Shown: positions 1-10,046, counted from the stretch's first letter. The stretch is DNA of 54,286 bases from an uncultured Verrucomicrobia subdivision 3 bacterium (GCA_903870815.1 CAIQEI010000032.1:1-54286); one strand, 5' to 3'. The notes: generated by a model from the letters alone, not told the origin. Translations and numbers: made by a program.

Positions 1-32
1 CCACTGACCCGCTGAACCTTCGACGCGGTTTC

Positions 33-143
33 GTCCAACCCGGGAATGCAATTAACCTGAAGTGAAGCGGCGGAACATCCTCACTTATACCATATCTCGC
101 TCCGCTTCACTTCAGGTTAACTACATTCCTTCTGCTGTTAGAC
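33..143 (-). repeat. Long imperfect palindrome with integron attC-like ends
   Basis: Perfect 19-bp inverted arms TTAACCTGAAGTGAAGCGG (52-70) and CCGCTTCACTTCAGGTTAA (102-120), extendable by GGAATG/CATTCC. On the minus strand it starts GTCTAAC (RYYYAAC, 143-137) and ends GTTGGAC (GTTRRRY, 39-33), just after the stop of the 166-681 ORF. Spacer lengths are atypical for attC. Confidence 0.6.
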
Positions 144-165
144 AGCGTGGTTAGTGACATTCTCA

Positions 166-681
166 TCACGTCTTCAATTCTCTCCGTCTCCGCAACTCAG
201 CCGCAAAAGCTCTGGCCTCGGCAAAAAGCTCGTCGGTGTGCTTCCCCGGATTCCACTCAAACTCGGCAACGGTGCGAACACGTGCCTGCTTTAGTGAAAA
301 CGATCTGAAACACGACAACGCTCGCTCCGATACAACCAACTGCTTGTCTCGCAAGCCAAAATCATCTCGCTCCGCTTCGCCCGTAATTTGTAGCCAACGA
401 AATGACGGTAGCTTACGGTTTGGAAATAGCTCACGAAATTGTGAGGAGCAACTGACCTCAACGTCTGTCAGCTCAAAACCTGAAAAACTCTCTGCCTGCA
501 ATGCTGCGGCGACCTGCTCCGTGCAAATATAAACAGGATGAGTCGTGAGCAAATCATCACCTAACCAACCATCGAACTGATAATGTAGATGCTTAATCCG
601 CAACGGCTCTACCGAACGGTCAACAGCGATGTTGTCGCCCCAACCGCCTGCAACTTCTGGTTCTATGACATGAAATTGCAT
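166..681 (-). CDS. Hypothetical protein, possibly an orphan polymorphic-toxin immunity protein; gene-cassette-like
   Basis: ORF with EPEVAGGWG...YQFDGWLGDDLL...VVSERAL motifs that I associate with immunity-type cassette proteins. AT-richer than the backbone. Start moved to ATG 681, 15 nt downstream of a GTTAGAC core site. Confidence 0.7.
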   Translation of the reverse strand: MQFHVIEPEVAGGWGDNIAVDRSVEPLRIKHLHYQFDGWLGDDLLTTHPVYICTEQVAAALQAESFSGFELTDVEVSCSSQFRELFPNRKLPSFRWLQITGEAERDDFGLRDKQLVVSERALSCFRSFSLKQARVRTVAEFEWNPGKHTDELFAEARAFAAELRRRRELKT

Positions 682-695
682 GACGTGTGAACGGT

Positions 696-702
696 GTCTA
701 AC
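696..702 (-). other. Integron-type core site GTTAGAC at the 5' end of the cassette
   Basis: GTTRRRY match immediately upstream of the ATG, complementary to the GTCTAAC inverse core after the gene. Confidence 0.5.
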
Positions 703-881
703 ATTCATATTCACCGGAACTCAGCCACTCCGGCTTTAGGCTAGATTTCTGTTGGCTCATGTAGCCATCTTTATCCTGACCCGTCAGCGTGTCAAACTCA
801 TTTTCAACGGGTTACGCCTCTAGCCAGACGGTGCAAAACCCATTTCCATGCGGCATTTCTTCGTTGTATAACAGTCCGACA

Positions 882-904
882 AAAGCCGAACTGAGTTCGG
901 CTTT
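882..904. terminator. Short hairpin, possible bidirectional terminator or operator
   Basis: AAAGCCGAAC-TGA-GTTCGGCTTT perfect inverted repeat with A and T flanks. Confidence 0.4.
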
Positions 905-1105
905 AGCCAGACTATTAAATGGCGACATCCTCACCATCGCCGCGCTCAAAACTGTCGCCGCAGTTTTCGTCAACCCCGCCTCCTATCGGTGATGCGCCGA
1001 AACTCAAGCCGGCACGGATGACGTCGGCGGCGGCGGCGTTGACTTCAGTTTGTTCTCGTAATCTTCCAGCGATGGCGCGATGACGATGGCTTTCCGGGCG
1101 TAGGC

Positions 1106-2296
1106 GTGATGAATGGCGGTGCTACTGTGCCCCAGCGCGGCCTGCGCAAAGCGTTCGGGCACCCCCGGAAGCTTGCGGATACGTTTGCCGTGGATCCCAA
1201 TGACAAGAGCCGCACGGTGCACGTCGGCCCGTGGGGCGAGTTGATTAGCCGCAACATCATCCTCGAACGGCCGGCGGAACTGGTGACGGCCGAAGCAACC
1301 ACTTTGGGGCCAGAAACTTGGACGTTCAAGGGCATGAAACCCGAGGCCGTCAATCTTTTGTTGGCCAAAGCGGGTCTCAACCCCCAGCAAATCACCAGTT
1401 TGTTCAAGCCGGGGTCGGTCCAGGAGGATGGCGCCAACACGGTTCTCAAACCCTCCCCCGAATTTGTCGAGTCGCTGGATGCCCGAACGCGCCTCCAATT
1501 TTACACGGGCTTGGCTGGCTTGGGCGTGAACGAGCATTTGGATTCCCCCCTGTTTTTCCCGGCCAAAACCATTGAGTCCATCTACACGGATGAAAAGCTG
1601 CCACCGGAGGACGTCGCGAGTTTGAGGAAACTGGTTTATCAGAATGGCGAGGTTACCCTGCTGGCGAACTACCAGACGCTGATGGAACTGATGCCCACGG
1701 CTAAGCGGCGCGTGGACATGGCGCGGGCGCTTTCGCGGCAGCCGGCGGTATTTGCCGGACTGAGCATCAAGCCGGAGACAGACATTGATAAGATTGCTGC
1801 CTACTGGGGAAGGCTGGACGGCGTGCGCTTCAATGACATCCGTCCGATGCTGGAGGCCCTCGCCCGATTGCCCGAAGGCGGGAACATCAGCCTGTTTTAC
1901 CTGCTGCCCAAATTTGCCCGCGACCGTCTTTACACCTTCCCGCTGCCGCCCCAGCCGGGTGATCCCTACATGGACTGCAATTGGACCACCTATAATTTCC
2001 TGAATGAAGCAACCAACGGAAAACTGGCCAACGCCACCAACCTGGTTGATTTTCTGAATCAAAATTTTTATGCCGTCCAAACCCCTTCCGTTTGCGGCGA
2101 TATCCTGCTCGTGATGAATGACGAGCAAACCCAGATCCTGCACTCGGCGGTTTTTCTGGCTGATGACCTCGTTTTCACTAAAAACGGCGGGGGCATTAAC
2201 CAGCCCTGGATGATAATGCACATACCCGACCTGCTGGACGTTTATCATGGCACCAAGCCGGTCAAGGTGGTTTACATGCGCGAGAAGACAAATTGA
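1106..2296 (+). CDS. Hypothetical protein with C-terminal papain-like/NlpC-P60-type Cys-His motif
   Basis: 396-aa ORF with host-like codon use. C-terminal MDCNWTTYNF...GDILLV...HSAVFLADDLVFTKNG resembles a Cys-His papain-fold core. Start uncertain. Confidence 0.65.
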   Translation: MMNGGATVPQRGLRKAFGHPRKLADTFAVDPNDKSRTVHVGPWGELISRNIILERPAELVTAEATTLGPETWTFKGMKPEAVNLLLAKAGLNPQQITSLFKPGSVQEDGANTVLKPSPEFVESLDARTRLQFYTGLAGLGVNEHLDSPLFFPAKTIESIYTDEKLPPEDVASLRKLVYQNGEVTLLANYQTLMELMPTAKRRVDMARALSRQPAVFAGLSIKPETDIDKIAAYWGRLDGVRFNDIRPMLEALARLPEGGNISLFYLLPKFARDRLYTFPLPPQPGDPYMDCNWTTYNFLNEATNGKLANATNLVDFLNQNFYAVQTPSVCGDILLVMNDEQTQILHSAVFLADDLVFTKNGGGINQPWMIMHIPDLLDVYHGTKPVKVVYMREKTN

Positions 2297-2415
2297 ACCC
2301 TCCTTGCGCCGAGGGATCAGTTGTACTACGCGATTGACATATTTGAGCCAGCTTGGCTTCATGAAAAAAGTTCAGCCGCAACCGCCGTCAAAATTTATTC
2401 TCCTGAGGACAAAAT

Positions 2416-2670
2416 ATGGCATTTTTAATATCGTTATTGGCAACCGGGGGGTTGATTATCTGGGCCATCCGGACTAAAAAATATTGTCAGGCGTTGTTTG
2501 TCTTTGTGGCGTTAATTGGCATCGTTTCGTTCCTGGCGGGCACATGGTATTTTAGCAATAACGACGCTTTTCCGGGGGCGCTGCTTATGGCGATCGGCGT
2601 CATGGCATTGCTGGGAACCGCCGTGGCCGTGAAACTATTATACTTCCGGACCGACAAGCCGGCCGCCTAG
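2416..2670 (+). CDS. Small membrane protein (about 3 TM)
   Basis: 84-aa hydrophobic ORF with GAGGA RBS-like motif upstream. Confidence 0.6.
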   Translation: MAFLISLLATGGLIIWAIRTKKYCQALFVFVALIGIVSFLAGTWYFSNNDAFPGALLMAIGVMALLGTAVAVKLLYFRTDKPAA

Positions 2671-2801
2671 CTTTTTGCCTCGCAATAAAATTTCCAAAAC
2701 GGCCAGTCTTTTCTCGCCGGCCCGGTAGCCTCATTCACGTCTAATTTCCTTTTCTTCAACCGTATTGCCGTTATGCTGTCGCGCTCTGATTTATTGATTA
2801 A

Positions 2802-4592
2802 ATGGACGCCGCACACATACGCAATTTCAGCATCATCGCCCACATTGACCACGGCAAGACGACGCTTTCCGACCGGCTGCTGCACATGACCGGCACCATC
2901 GCCACGCGCGACATGTCGGATCAACTGCTCGACGCGATGGATTTGGAGCGCGAGCGCGGCATCACCATCAAGGCGCATCCGGTCACGATGCTTTACACCG
3001 CCAAGAACGGCGAGACCTACGAGCTGAACCTTATCGACACGCCCGGCCATGTGGATTTTGCCTATGAAGTGTCGCGCAGCCTGAGCGCATGTGAAGGCGC
3101 GCTGCTCGTAATTGACGCGGCGCAGGGGGTTGAGGCGCAGACGGTGGCGAATTATCATCTCGCGGCGAAGTTGAACCTCACGATCATCCCTGTCATCAAC
3201 AAGATTGACCTCGGCCACGCGGATGTGCCCCAGGCGAAACGGCAGCTGGAGGATGTGCTGGCCATTCCCGCCGAGTGGGCCATTCCTTGCAGCGCCAAGC
3301 AGGGCATCGGCATCCAGGACATCCTGGAGGCCATCATCGAGCGCGTGCCGCCGCCGAAGCCGACGGGCGAACAAAGCTTGCAGGCGCTGGCGTTCGATTC
3401 ATATTTCGACACCTATAAGGGCGTGGTGACGCACGTACGCGTCTTCAACGGGGAATTGAAAGCCGGCCAGCAGGTGAAGCTTTTGCATTCCGGCAAAAAC
3501 GTCGAGGTCAAGGAAGTTGGCAGTTTCAATCCGAAACCTTACATCCGCGAGAAGCTGGAAGTCGGCGAGACGGGTTATTTTACAGCGAACATCAAGTCCG
3601 CGTCCGAGGTGAAGATGGGCGACACCATCACCGATGCGCGCAATCCTTCCAGCGTGCTGCCGGGCTTCAAGGAGATTCATCCGATGGTGTTCAGCGGGAT
3701 TTATCCCATCAACACGGCGGACTACGAGCAGTTGAAGCAGTCCATGGGCAAGCTCAAACTCAACGATTCCGCCTTCGTCTATTCGTCCGAAACATCCGTC
3801 GCGCTGGGCTTCGGCTTCCGCTGCGGCTTCCTGGGCCTTTTGCATCTGGAGATTGTGCAGGAGCGGCTGCGGCGCGAATACGACATGGACATCATCGCCA
3901 CCTATCCGAGCGTGGTCTACAAGGTCTATCTGTCCGACGGCACAATGAAGGAAATTGACAACCCCGCCTTCCTGCCGGACGTCACCTATATCGCCCGGAT
4001 CGAGGAGCCGATGGTGAAGGCCTTCGTCATCTGCCCGAACGAAAACATCGGCGACATGATGGCGCTGATTTCCGAGAAGCGCGGCAGCGTGGACCACACC
4101 GAAACTTTGGATTCCCGGCGCGTCATGCTCACGTCGCTGATTCCGCTGAACGAGATCCTCATTGATTTCCATGACCGCATCAAGAGCATCACGCGCGGTT
4201 TCGGTTCCATGGATTACGAGCCGGATAAATACGCCGAGAGCGACATGGTGAAGCTGGATTTGCTGGTGAACACCGAACCGATGGATGCCTTTTCGTGCAT
4301 CGTGCACCGGACGAAGGCGGAGGGCAGGGGACGGGTGCTGGCTGAGAAGCTCAAGGAAGTCATCCCGCGCCAGCAGTTCCAGGTGAAGATCCAGGCCGCC
4401 ATCGGCGGCAAGATTGTCGCGTCCGAGGTCATCAGCGCCTTCCGCAAGGACGTGACGGCGAAATGCTACGGCGGCGACGTCTCGCGCAAGCGCAAGCTTC
4501 TGGAAAAGCAGAAGGAAGGCAAAAAACGCATGAAATCCATCGGCAATGTGAACATCCCGCAGGAAGCCTTCATCGAAGTGCTGAAAGCCTGA
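2802..4592 (+). CDS. lepA: Elongation factor 4 (GTPase LepA)
   Basis: IRNFSIIAHIDHGKTTL, DTPGHVDF, NKID, GFRCGFLGLLH, KCYGGDVSRKRKLLEKQKEGKKRMK. Confidence 0.99.
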   Translation: MDAAHIRNFSIIAHIDHGKTTLSDRLLHMTGTIATRDMSDQLLDAMDLERERGITIKAHPVTMLYTAKNGETYELNLIDTPGHVDFAYEVSRSLSACEGALLVIDAAQGVEAQTVANYHLAAKLNLTIIPVINKIDLGHADVPQAKRQLEDVLAIPAEWAIPCSAKQGIGIQDILEAIIERVPPPKPTGEQSLQALAFDSYFDTYKGVVTHVRVFNGELKAGQQVKLLHSGKNVEVKEVGSFNPKPYIREKLEVGETGYFTANIKSASEVKMGDTITDARNPSSVLPGFKEIHPMVFSGIYPINTADYEQLKQSMGKLKLNDSAFVYSSETSVALGFGFRCGFLGLLHLEIVQERLRREYDMDIIATYPSVVYKVYLSDGTMKEIDNPAFLPDVTYIARIEEPMVKAFVICPNENIGDMMALISEKRGSVDHTETLDSRRVMLTSLIPLNEILIDFHDRIKSITRGFGSMDYEPDKYAESDMVKLDLLVNTEPMDAFSCIVHRTKAEGRGRVLAEKLKEVIPRQQFQVKIQAAIGGKIVASEVISAFRKDVTAKCYGGDVSRKRKLLEKQKEGKKRMKSIGNVNIPQEAFIEVLKA

Positions 4593-4604
4593 CCCCTCCT
4601 CATT

Positions 4605-4802
4605 ATGACCAAGAACAAATGGTATCGGGCACTGGGATTTGTGATGGTTCCGCTGGGACTCTTCCTGACCGTCGCCGCCTTCATGGCCCAAGGCAAGCCC
4701 GTCAACGGAATTCCTTGGGTCAAAATCGGACCCGTGGGTCTGATGTTGATCATCGGCGGCATCGGCCTCCTGTTTCTCCCGAACAAGATCAAATTCAAGT
4801 AA
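4605..4802 (+). CDS. Small 2-TM membrane protein
   Basis: 65 aa with two hydrophobic segments and basic termini, 12 nt after the lepA stop, host-like codons. Confidence 0.65.
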   Translation: MTKNKWYRALGFVMVPLGLFLTVAAFMAQGKPVNGIPWVKIGPVGLMLIIGGIGLLFLPNKIKFK

Positions 4803-5100
4803 ACGGACTGAAACCGGACTGATTGATTTTTTGCAGTTGGTTCAACCTCGACTCACTTGATTTACCCGGCCGCTTGGGCCGCGCAAGCAGGGCAGGGGGC
4901 CAGTTATTTCGCCGTGCTTCAGACTGTGTCCTATCCGCATGATTAAGCGTTGTTTCAGCGGACCCGGCGGCCGGTCGCACAATGGGCACGGCAACGGATA
5001 TTTTGAAAACTAAACTTGATTTCACTATTCCCAATGAACCATTTAGGTGGAATCTTGTCTTTTATTCGATATTTGAAATTCGTATTTTGAAATCAACAAC

Positions 5101-6354
5101 ATGAGATTACGCTGGTTCATTTCCAAGACCGTTCGCGAGGCGTGCGCGGTGAAAAAACATTACCGCCGGCTGCTCCAGGCGCAGCGCGACTTGCTTTCGC
5201 CGCCGGCCATCGCGGCGGTGCAGTTGAAACTGGACGAGCTTGAGACGGTCCTGGGCGAGGGGGACACGGGCAAAATTCGCGTCAAGGCGGAGGAATTGCA
5301 GTCCGCCGCCGAGAAATGGATCAAACCGTATCCGAATGCCGCCTGGCGCGAAAACGTGGAGGTGTTGCTCGTGGCACTGGCCGTGGCGATGGCCATCCGG
5401 ACTTTTTTCCTCCAGCCTTTCAAGATTCCCACCGGCTCGATGCAGCCGACGCTGTTTGGGGTCACGTCGGTGCCGGATTTCACCAAGATCAATTACTGGC
5501 AGGAGGACAAGCTGAAGGAGCGCTCGGAGCTTTTTGAGCAGATTAAATTGCGCGATGCCATCCAGATTCCGACCGGCTGGGCGCGGGTGAAGGAGTGGCT
5601 GCACGGAAATTCCTACATCCGCGTTGTTGCGCAGGCGGATGGGATGGTTGATTCCGTCAGTCCACCGGTCAAATTTCTGATCTTCAACATCAAGCAAAGC
5701 CTCACCATCGGTGGGGTGGAGCATACCCTCTGGTTTCCGCCGGATTTTGGTGAGCAAGCGCTGGTAAAGCGCGCCGGATTGGATCCGACCCGCGTTTATC
5801 ATGCCGGCGACGAGGTGCTGAAGATGAAGGTCAGCGCCGGGGACCATCTGTTTGTGGACCGGCTGGCGTTCAATTTCCGTAAGCCGAAGCGGGGCGAAAT
5901 TGTGGTGTTTGAGACCAAAGGCATTGATCATCCTCAGATGCCGCAGGACCAGTTTTACATCAAACGGCTGGTGGTTTTGCCAAATGAAAAGGTTCAGATC
6001 GGCGATGACCGGCACCTGATCATTAACGGTGAGCGGCTTGACGCCGGAACGCCGCACTTCGAGCGGGTTTATGGGTTCGATCCCAGCCAGCCGCCGCACG
6101 AAAGCCAATTCTCCGGTCATGTGAACGGCACGGTGGCCACGAAGTTCGGGCTTTACCCGAATCTCGCCCCGAATTTCCCCGACGCCGCGACCGTCTATGA
6201 CAACGACGGCGAACGCTATATGGTGATGGGCGACAACACCTGCAACAGTTTCGATTCGCGTGCGTGGGGCAGTTTTCCCGCACAGAACGTCATCGGAAAA
6301 TCATTTTTTGTTTATTGGCCATTGACCGATCGGTTTGGCTGGGGCAACCGGTGA
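5101..6354 (+). CDS. lepB: Signal peptidase I with N-terminal extension and large insertion
   Basis: PTGSMQPTL (catalytic Ser), YIKRLV (catalytic Lys), MGDNTCNSFDSRAWG. Follows lepA. Confidence 0.93.
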   Translation: MRLRWFISKTVREACAVKKHYRRLLQAQRDLLSPPAIAAVQLKLDELETVLGEGDTGKIRVKAEELQSAAEKWIKPYPNAAWRENVEVLLVALAVAMAIRTFFLQPFKIPTGSMQPTLFGVTSVPDFTKINYWQEDKLKERSELFEQIKLRDAIQIPTGWARVKEWLHGNSYIRVVAQADGMVDSVSPPVKFLIFNIKQSLTIGGVEHTLWFPPDFGEQALVKRAGLDPTRVYHAGDEVLKMKVSAGDHLFVDRLAFNFRKPKRGEIVVFETKGIDHPQMPQDQFYIKRLVVLPNEKVQIGDDRHLIINGERLDAGTPHFERVYGFDPSQPPHESQFSGHVNGTVATKFGLYPNLAPNFPDAATVYDNDGERYMVMGDNTCNSFDSRAWGSFPAQNVIGKSFFVYWPLTDRFGWGNR

Positions 6355-6372
6355 TCTATTGCTAAATTGGAA

Positions 6373-7149
6373 ATGAAAGAGACGGTTTTCATCACGGGCG
6401 CATCCTCCGGCATTGGGCTGGAGCTGGCTAGGTGTTTTGCCGCGGAAAAGTCCACCCTCATCCTTGTTGCGCGCAGCGCGGCGGCGTTGGAAGCGCTCGC
6501 CGCCGAACTCCGCGGCCAACACCAAATTGAAGTCCACGTTATCACGGCGGATTTGGCGCAGCCGGAGTCGCCGCAGCGGGTTGTGGACGAATTGAAGGGC
6601 AGGGGAATCATGGTGGACGTGCTAGTCAACAACGCCGGTTTCGGATTGCATGGAAGCTTCGCGGAACTTCCCCTCGCCCGTCAGCTGGAAATCATCCAGG
6701 TCAATGTCGCGTCGCTCGTCGCGCTGACCGGCCTTTTTTTGCCGGCCATGGTCGAGCGCCGGCGCGGTGGCATACTAAACGTCGGTTCCGTGGCGGGATT
6801 TCTGCCCGGACCCAACATGGCGATTTATTATGCCAGCAAGGCCTTCGTCCAGTCGTTCAGCGAGGCGCTTTTCGAGGAGTTGCGCGGCACGGGCGTCAGC
6901 GTCACCAATCTTTGCCCCGGACCGACGGAATCGAATTTTTTCAAAGTTGCCCGCGGCCATCGCAGCCGGGAATTGCAGATCGCCAAGATGTCCACGGATG
7001 AAGTTGCCCGCGCTGGTCACCGCGCCTTCCGTACCGGGCAATGCGTAAAGGTGCCCGGGACCAAAAACCGGCTATTGGTGCAATTACCTAGAATCCTTCC
7101 CCGAATGGTCGTCCGACGATCCGTAGCCAAATACAACAAGTTAAAATGA
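6373..7149 (+). CDS. Short-chain dehydrogenase/reductase (DltE-like)
   Basis: TGASSGIG, NNAGFG, YYASK (YxxxK), PGPT. Confidence 0.95.
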   Translation: MKETVFITGASSGIGLELARCFAAEKSTLILVARSAAALEALAAELRGQHQIEVHVITADLAQPESPQRVVDELKGRGIMVDVLVNNAGFGLHGSFAELPLARQLEIIQVNVASLVALTGLFLPAMVERRRGGILNVGSVAGFLPGPNMAIYYASKAFVQSFSEALFEELRGTGVSVTNLCPGPTESNFFKVARGHRSRELQIAKMSTDEVARAGHRAFRTGQCVKVPGTKNRLLVQLPRILPRMVVRRSVAKYNKLK

Positions 7150-7231
7150 CTTAAACCGCCTAAACGACAATTTTAAATGCTATTAAATATAGATGCACAA
7201 TGTTTGTTATATTTAATCAATTTCCCTTGTC

Positions 7232-8689
7232 TCACGCTACAATCGCCGGCTTGCAGCATTTCTCGTAAACGTTCAGATAATTATGAACGGTCTGGTCCCA
7301 GGAAAAATCAGCTTTCATCGCGTTGCGCCGGCAGATTTGGAACAACTTCGCCTGACCATACAAAACCAGCGCCTTGCGAATCGCCTTGGCCAGCGAGCGC
7401 GAGGTGTATTCAAAAAACTTGATGCCGGTTGCCAGCCGGGGGTTTTGCGTCCAATCGATGACGCTGTCGTCGAGTCCACCGGTGGCGCGGACAATCGGAA
7501 TGGTCCCATACCGGAGGCTGTACATCTGGTTCAGGCCGCACGGCTCGAATCGCGACGGCATCAGGAAGAAATCACAACCGGCCTCAATCCGGTGCGCCAG
7601 CGTCTCATCGTATCCAAAATGAACGGCGACTTTTCCGGGAAATTGCCGGGCTAGGTCACGATAGCCGCGCTCGTATTCCGGCGAGCCGCTGCCCAGCAGC
7701 ACAAACTGCAGGTTGCCATTCAGCATTTCCGACAATGCGCCAAGCTGGATGTCCACGCCTTTTTGTTCCGCCAAGCGGGAAATGGTGCCAAAGAGCGGGA
7801 TGGATTCATTGACGGGCAATCCGAGATCTTTTTGCAGCTTCCGCTTGTTGAAGTTTTTTCCCGCCATGCGCCCGATGGTATACGGCTTGGGCAGGTGCGG
7901 ATTCCGGTTGGTGTTCCATTCGCCGTAGTCAACGCCGTTCAGAATGCCGATCAGGTTCTTTTGCCGCTGGCGCAATAAACCGTCGAGTCCGCAGCCGAGT
8001 TCCTCGGTGGTGATTTCGCGGGCGTAGCGTGGGCTGACAGTGGTGATAACATCCGCGTAAGCGATGCCGGCTTTCAGGCAGTTTAACAGACCGAAAAACT
8101 CCACCCCCTCGGTGTGGAACAGGTGTTCCGGCAGGTTGGTCAAGGCGAACGCCGCTTCCGGGAACACGCCCTGATAGGCCAGGTTGTGGATGGTCAGGCA
8201 GGTTGGCGGTGGATTCCCCCACCCTTCCGTTTTCTGCTGCAAGATCAGGGCCGGCACGAGGCCCACCTGCCAATCGTGTACGTGGACGACGTCCGGCCGC
8301 CATGGCAGATAGCGCGCCAGATGGGCGACGCATTTGGAGAAAAAGATAAAGCGCTCAGCGTTGTCCGCGTAGCTGAAATGGTTCTCCTGGTAAATTCCGG
8401 CGCGGTCAAAATATCCGGGCTGATCCACAAAATAGATCTTCAGCCCCCGCGCCACATCCAGTTCCCATAATTCCGCCTGAATGTGCTCCAGGCCCATTGG
8501 CAGGTCGAACTGCCAGTCGACCTTGCGCAGTGCCGGAAACTTCTCGCGAATGCCGCGGTAAAGCGGGGTGACGACCCGCGCCTCGTGTCCAGCGTTCGCC
8601 AGTGCCACCGCCAGTGCGCCGACCATGTCCGCCAGGCCGCCCGTCTTCGAATACGGATAGACTTCGCCGCTGGCGAGAAGAATATTCAT
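7232..8689 (-). CDS. glgA: Glycogen synthase (GT5)
   Basis: KTGGLAD, HVHDWQ, TIHNLAYQG, SRLAEQKG, PSRFEPCGLNQMY. Confidence 0.97.
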   Translation of the reverse strand: MNILLASGEVYPYSKTGGLADMVGALAVALANAGHEARVVTPLYRGIREKFPALRKVDWQFDLPMGLEHIQAELWELDVARGLKIYFVDQPGYFDRAGIYQENHFSYADNAERFIFFSKCVAHLARYLPWRPDVVHVHDWQVGLVPALILQQKTEGWGNPPPTCLTIHNLAYQGVFPEAAFALTNLPEHLFHTEGVEFFGLLNCLKAGIAYADVITTVSPRYAREITTEELGCGLDGLLRQRQKNLIGILNGVDYGEWNTNRNPHLPKPYTIGRMAGKNFNKRKLQKDLGLPVNESIPLFGTISRLAEQKGVDIQLGALSEMLNGNLQFVLLGSGSPEYERGYRDLARQFPGKVAVHFGYDETLAHRIEAGCDFFLMPSRFEPCGLNQMYSLRYGTIPIVRATGGLDDSVIDWTQNPRLATGIKFFEYTSRSLAKAIRKALVLYGQAKLFQICRRNAMKADFSWDQTVHNYLNVYEKCCKPAIVA

Positions 8690-8747
8690 TTTGTTAAGTG
8701 GTTGAATCGATGCTCAGTGCCGATTTAACCAATCTCAATTCAACCTT

Positions 8748-10046
8748 TCAACGAATCACGTCCGTTTTCAAATACGGCTGCAGCGCCTCGGGTACCTTTA
8801 CGCTCCCGTCGGTCTGCTGGTGGGTTTCGATGAGCGCCACAAACAGCCGCGCCAGCGCCGTGCCGCTGCCGTTAAGAATATGCGGGAATTTATTTTCGCC
8901 GGTCTCGGTCTTGAAACGTAAATTCATCCGGCGCGATTGAAAATCTTCGCAGTTGGAGCAGCTCGAAACTTCGAGATAGCTCCCCTGCCCCGGCGCCCAG
9001 ACCTCGATGTCGTAGGTCTTGGCGCTCCCGAAACCCATGTCGCCGGTGCAAAGCAGGATGACGCGGTAATGCAAGCCGAGCAGTTGCAGAACTTTTTCGG
9101 CGTTCGCCACCATCTGCTCCAGTTCGTCATAGCCATGCTCCGGCTTGACGATTTTGATCAATTCCACCTTGTCGAACTGGTGGACCCGGATCATGCCGCG
9201 CGTGCCGACGCCCGCCGCGCCCGCCTCGCCGCGGAAACACGGCGTGTAGGCGCAATATTTCACCGGCAACTGTTTCTCTGGCAGGATTTCCTCGCGATGA
9301 ATATTCGCCACCGGCGTCTCCGCCGTGGGGATGAGATACAATTTGCCCAGCTCCTCCGCCCGGCCGCCTTCGGCCACGCCGTAATACTGGTCCTTGAATT
9401 TGGGGAACTGCCCCACGCCGACCATGCACTGTTCGCCGACCATGAACGGCGGCGAGACTTCCGTGTAGCCGTGCTGGGAGTTGTGCAAATCGAGCAGGAA
9501 GGAGATCAACGCCCGCTCCAGCCGCGCGCCCCAGTTGGTGTAGAGCAGGAACCCGCTGCCCGAAAGCTTTGCCGCCCGCGCGAAATCCACCAGCTTGAGC
9601 GACTCGCACAATTCCACGTGCGATTTGGGTTTGAAGGCGTAACTCGCCTTCTCGCCATGGGTTCGGATCTCCGGGTTTTCCTCCGCGCTTTTTCCCAACA
9701 CCACCGATTCGTGGGGGAGATTTGGCAATTGCAGCATCAGTTCGTCGCGCGCCGCCTCGGCCGCCGCCGCCGCCTTGTCGAGCGTGGCGATCTGGTCGCC
9801 CAAATCCTTAGTCTCGGCTTTCTTGGCTTCGGCCTCCGCGAGCTTCTTCTGGCCCATCAGCGCGCCAATCTCCTTGGAGACGCGGTTGCGCTGGGATTTC
9901 AACGTCTCCACTTCGGCCAGGGATTTCCGGCGCTGTTCGTCGAGCTTGAGGATTTCATCAATTTTCGTCTCGTCCCCGGCCCCGCGCGTAGCGAGGCGTT
10001 CGCGGACAAACCCGGTCTTTTCGCGGATCAATTTGATATCGAGCAC
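8748..10046 (-). CDS. serS: Seryl-tRNA synthetase
   Basis: N-terminal coiled-coil arm, LIPTAET, FRGEAG, RVHQFDKVE, EVSSCSNCEDFQSRR, LNGSGTA. GTG start. Confidence 0.99.
   Translation of the reverse strand: MLDIKLIREKTGFVRERLATRGAGDETKIDEILKLDEQRRKSLAEVETLKSQRNRVSKEIGALMGQKKLAEAEAKKAETKDLGDQIATLDKAAAAAEAARDELMLQLPNLPHESVVLGKSAEENPEIRTHGEKASYAFKPKSHVELCESLKLVDFARAAKLSGSGFLLYTNWGARLERALISFLLDLHNSQHGYTEVSPPFMVGEQCMVGVGQFPKFKDQYYGVAEGGRAEELGKLYLIPTAETPVANIHREEILPEKQLPVKYCAYTPCFRGEAGAAGVGTRGMIRVHQFDKVELIKIVKPEHGYDELEQMVANAEKVLQLLGLHYRVILLCTGDMGFGSAKTYDIEVWAPGQGSYLEVSSCSNCEDFQSRRMNLRFKTETGENKFPHILNGSGTALARLFVALIETHQQTDGSVKVPEALQPYLKTDVIR

Noticed and set aside
1019-1042. Possible TGA recoding (Sec/Trp/Gly)
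   Set aside because: TGA ends many clear genes here (lepA, lepB, serS, queG, dapF) and I saw no SECIS-like hairpin, so decay is more parsimonious.
1004-2362. Long antisense ORFs (also 3399-4691, 8937-10058, 16018-17190, 40412-41500, 42008-43117, 43208-44800, 51488-52660)
   Set aside because: Shadow frames opposite real genes, expected from GC-rich codon bias; no recognisable motifs.
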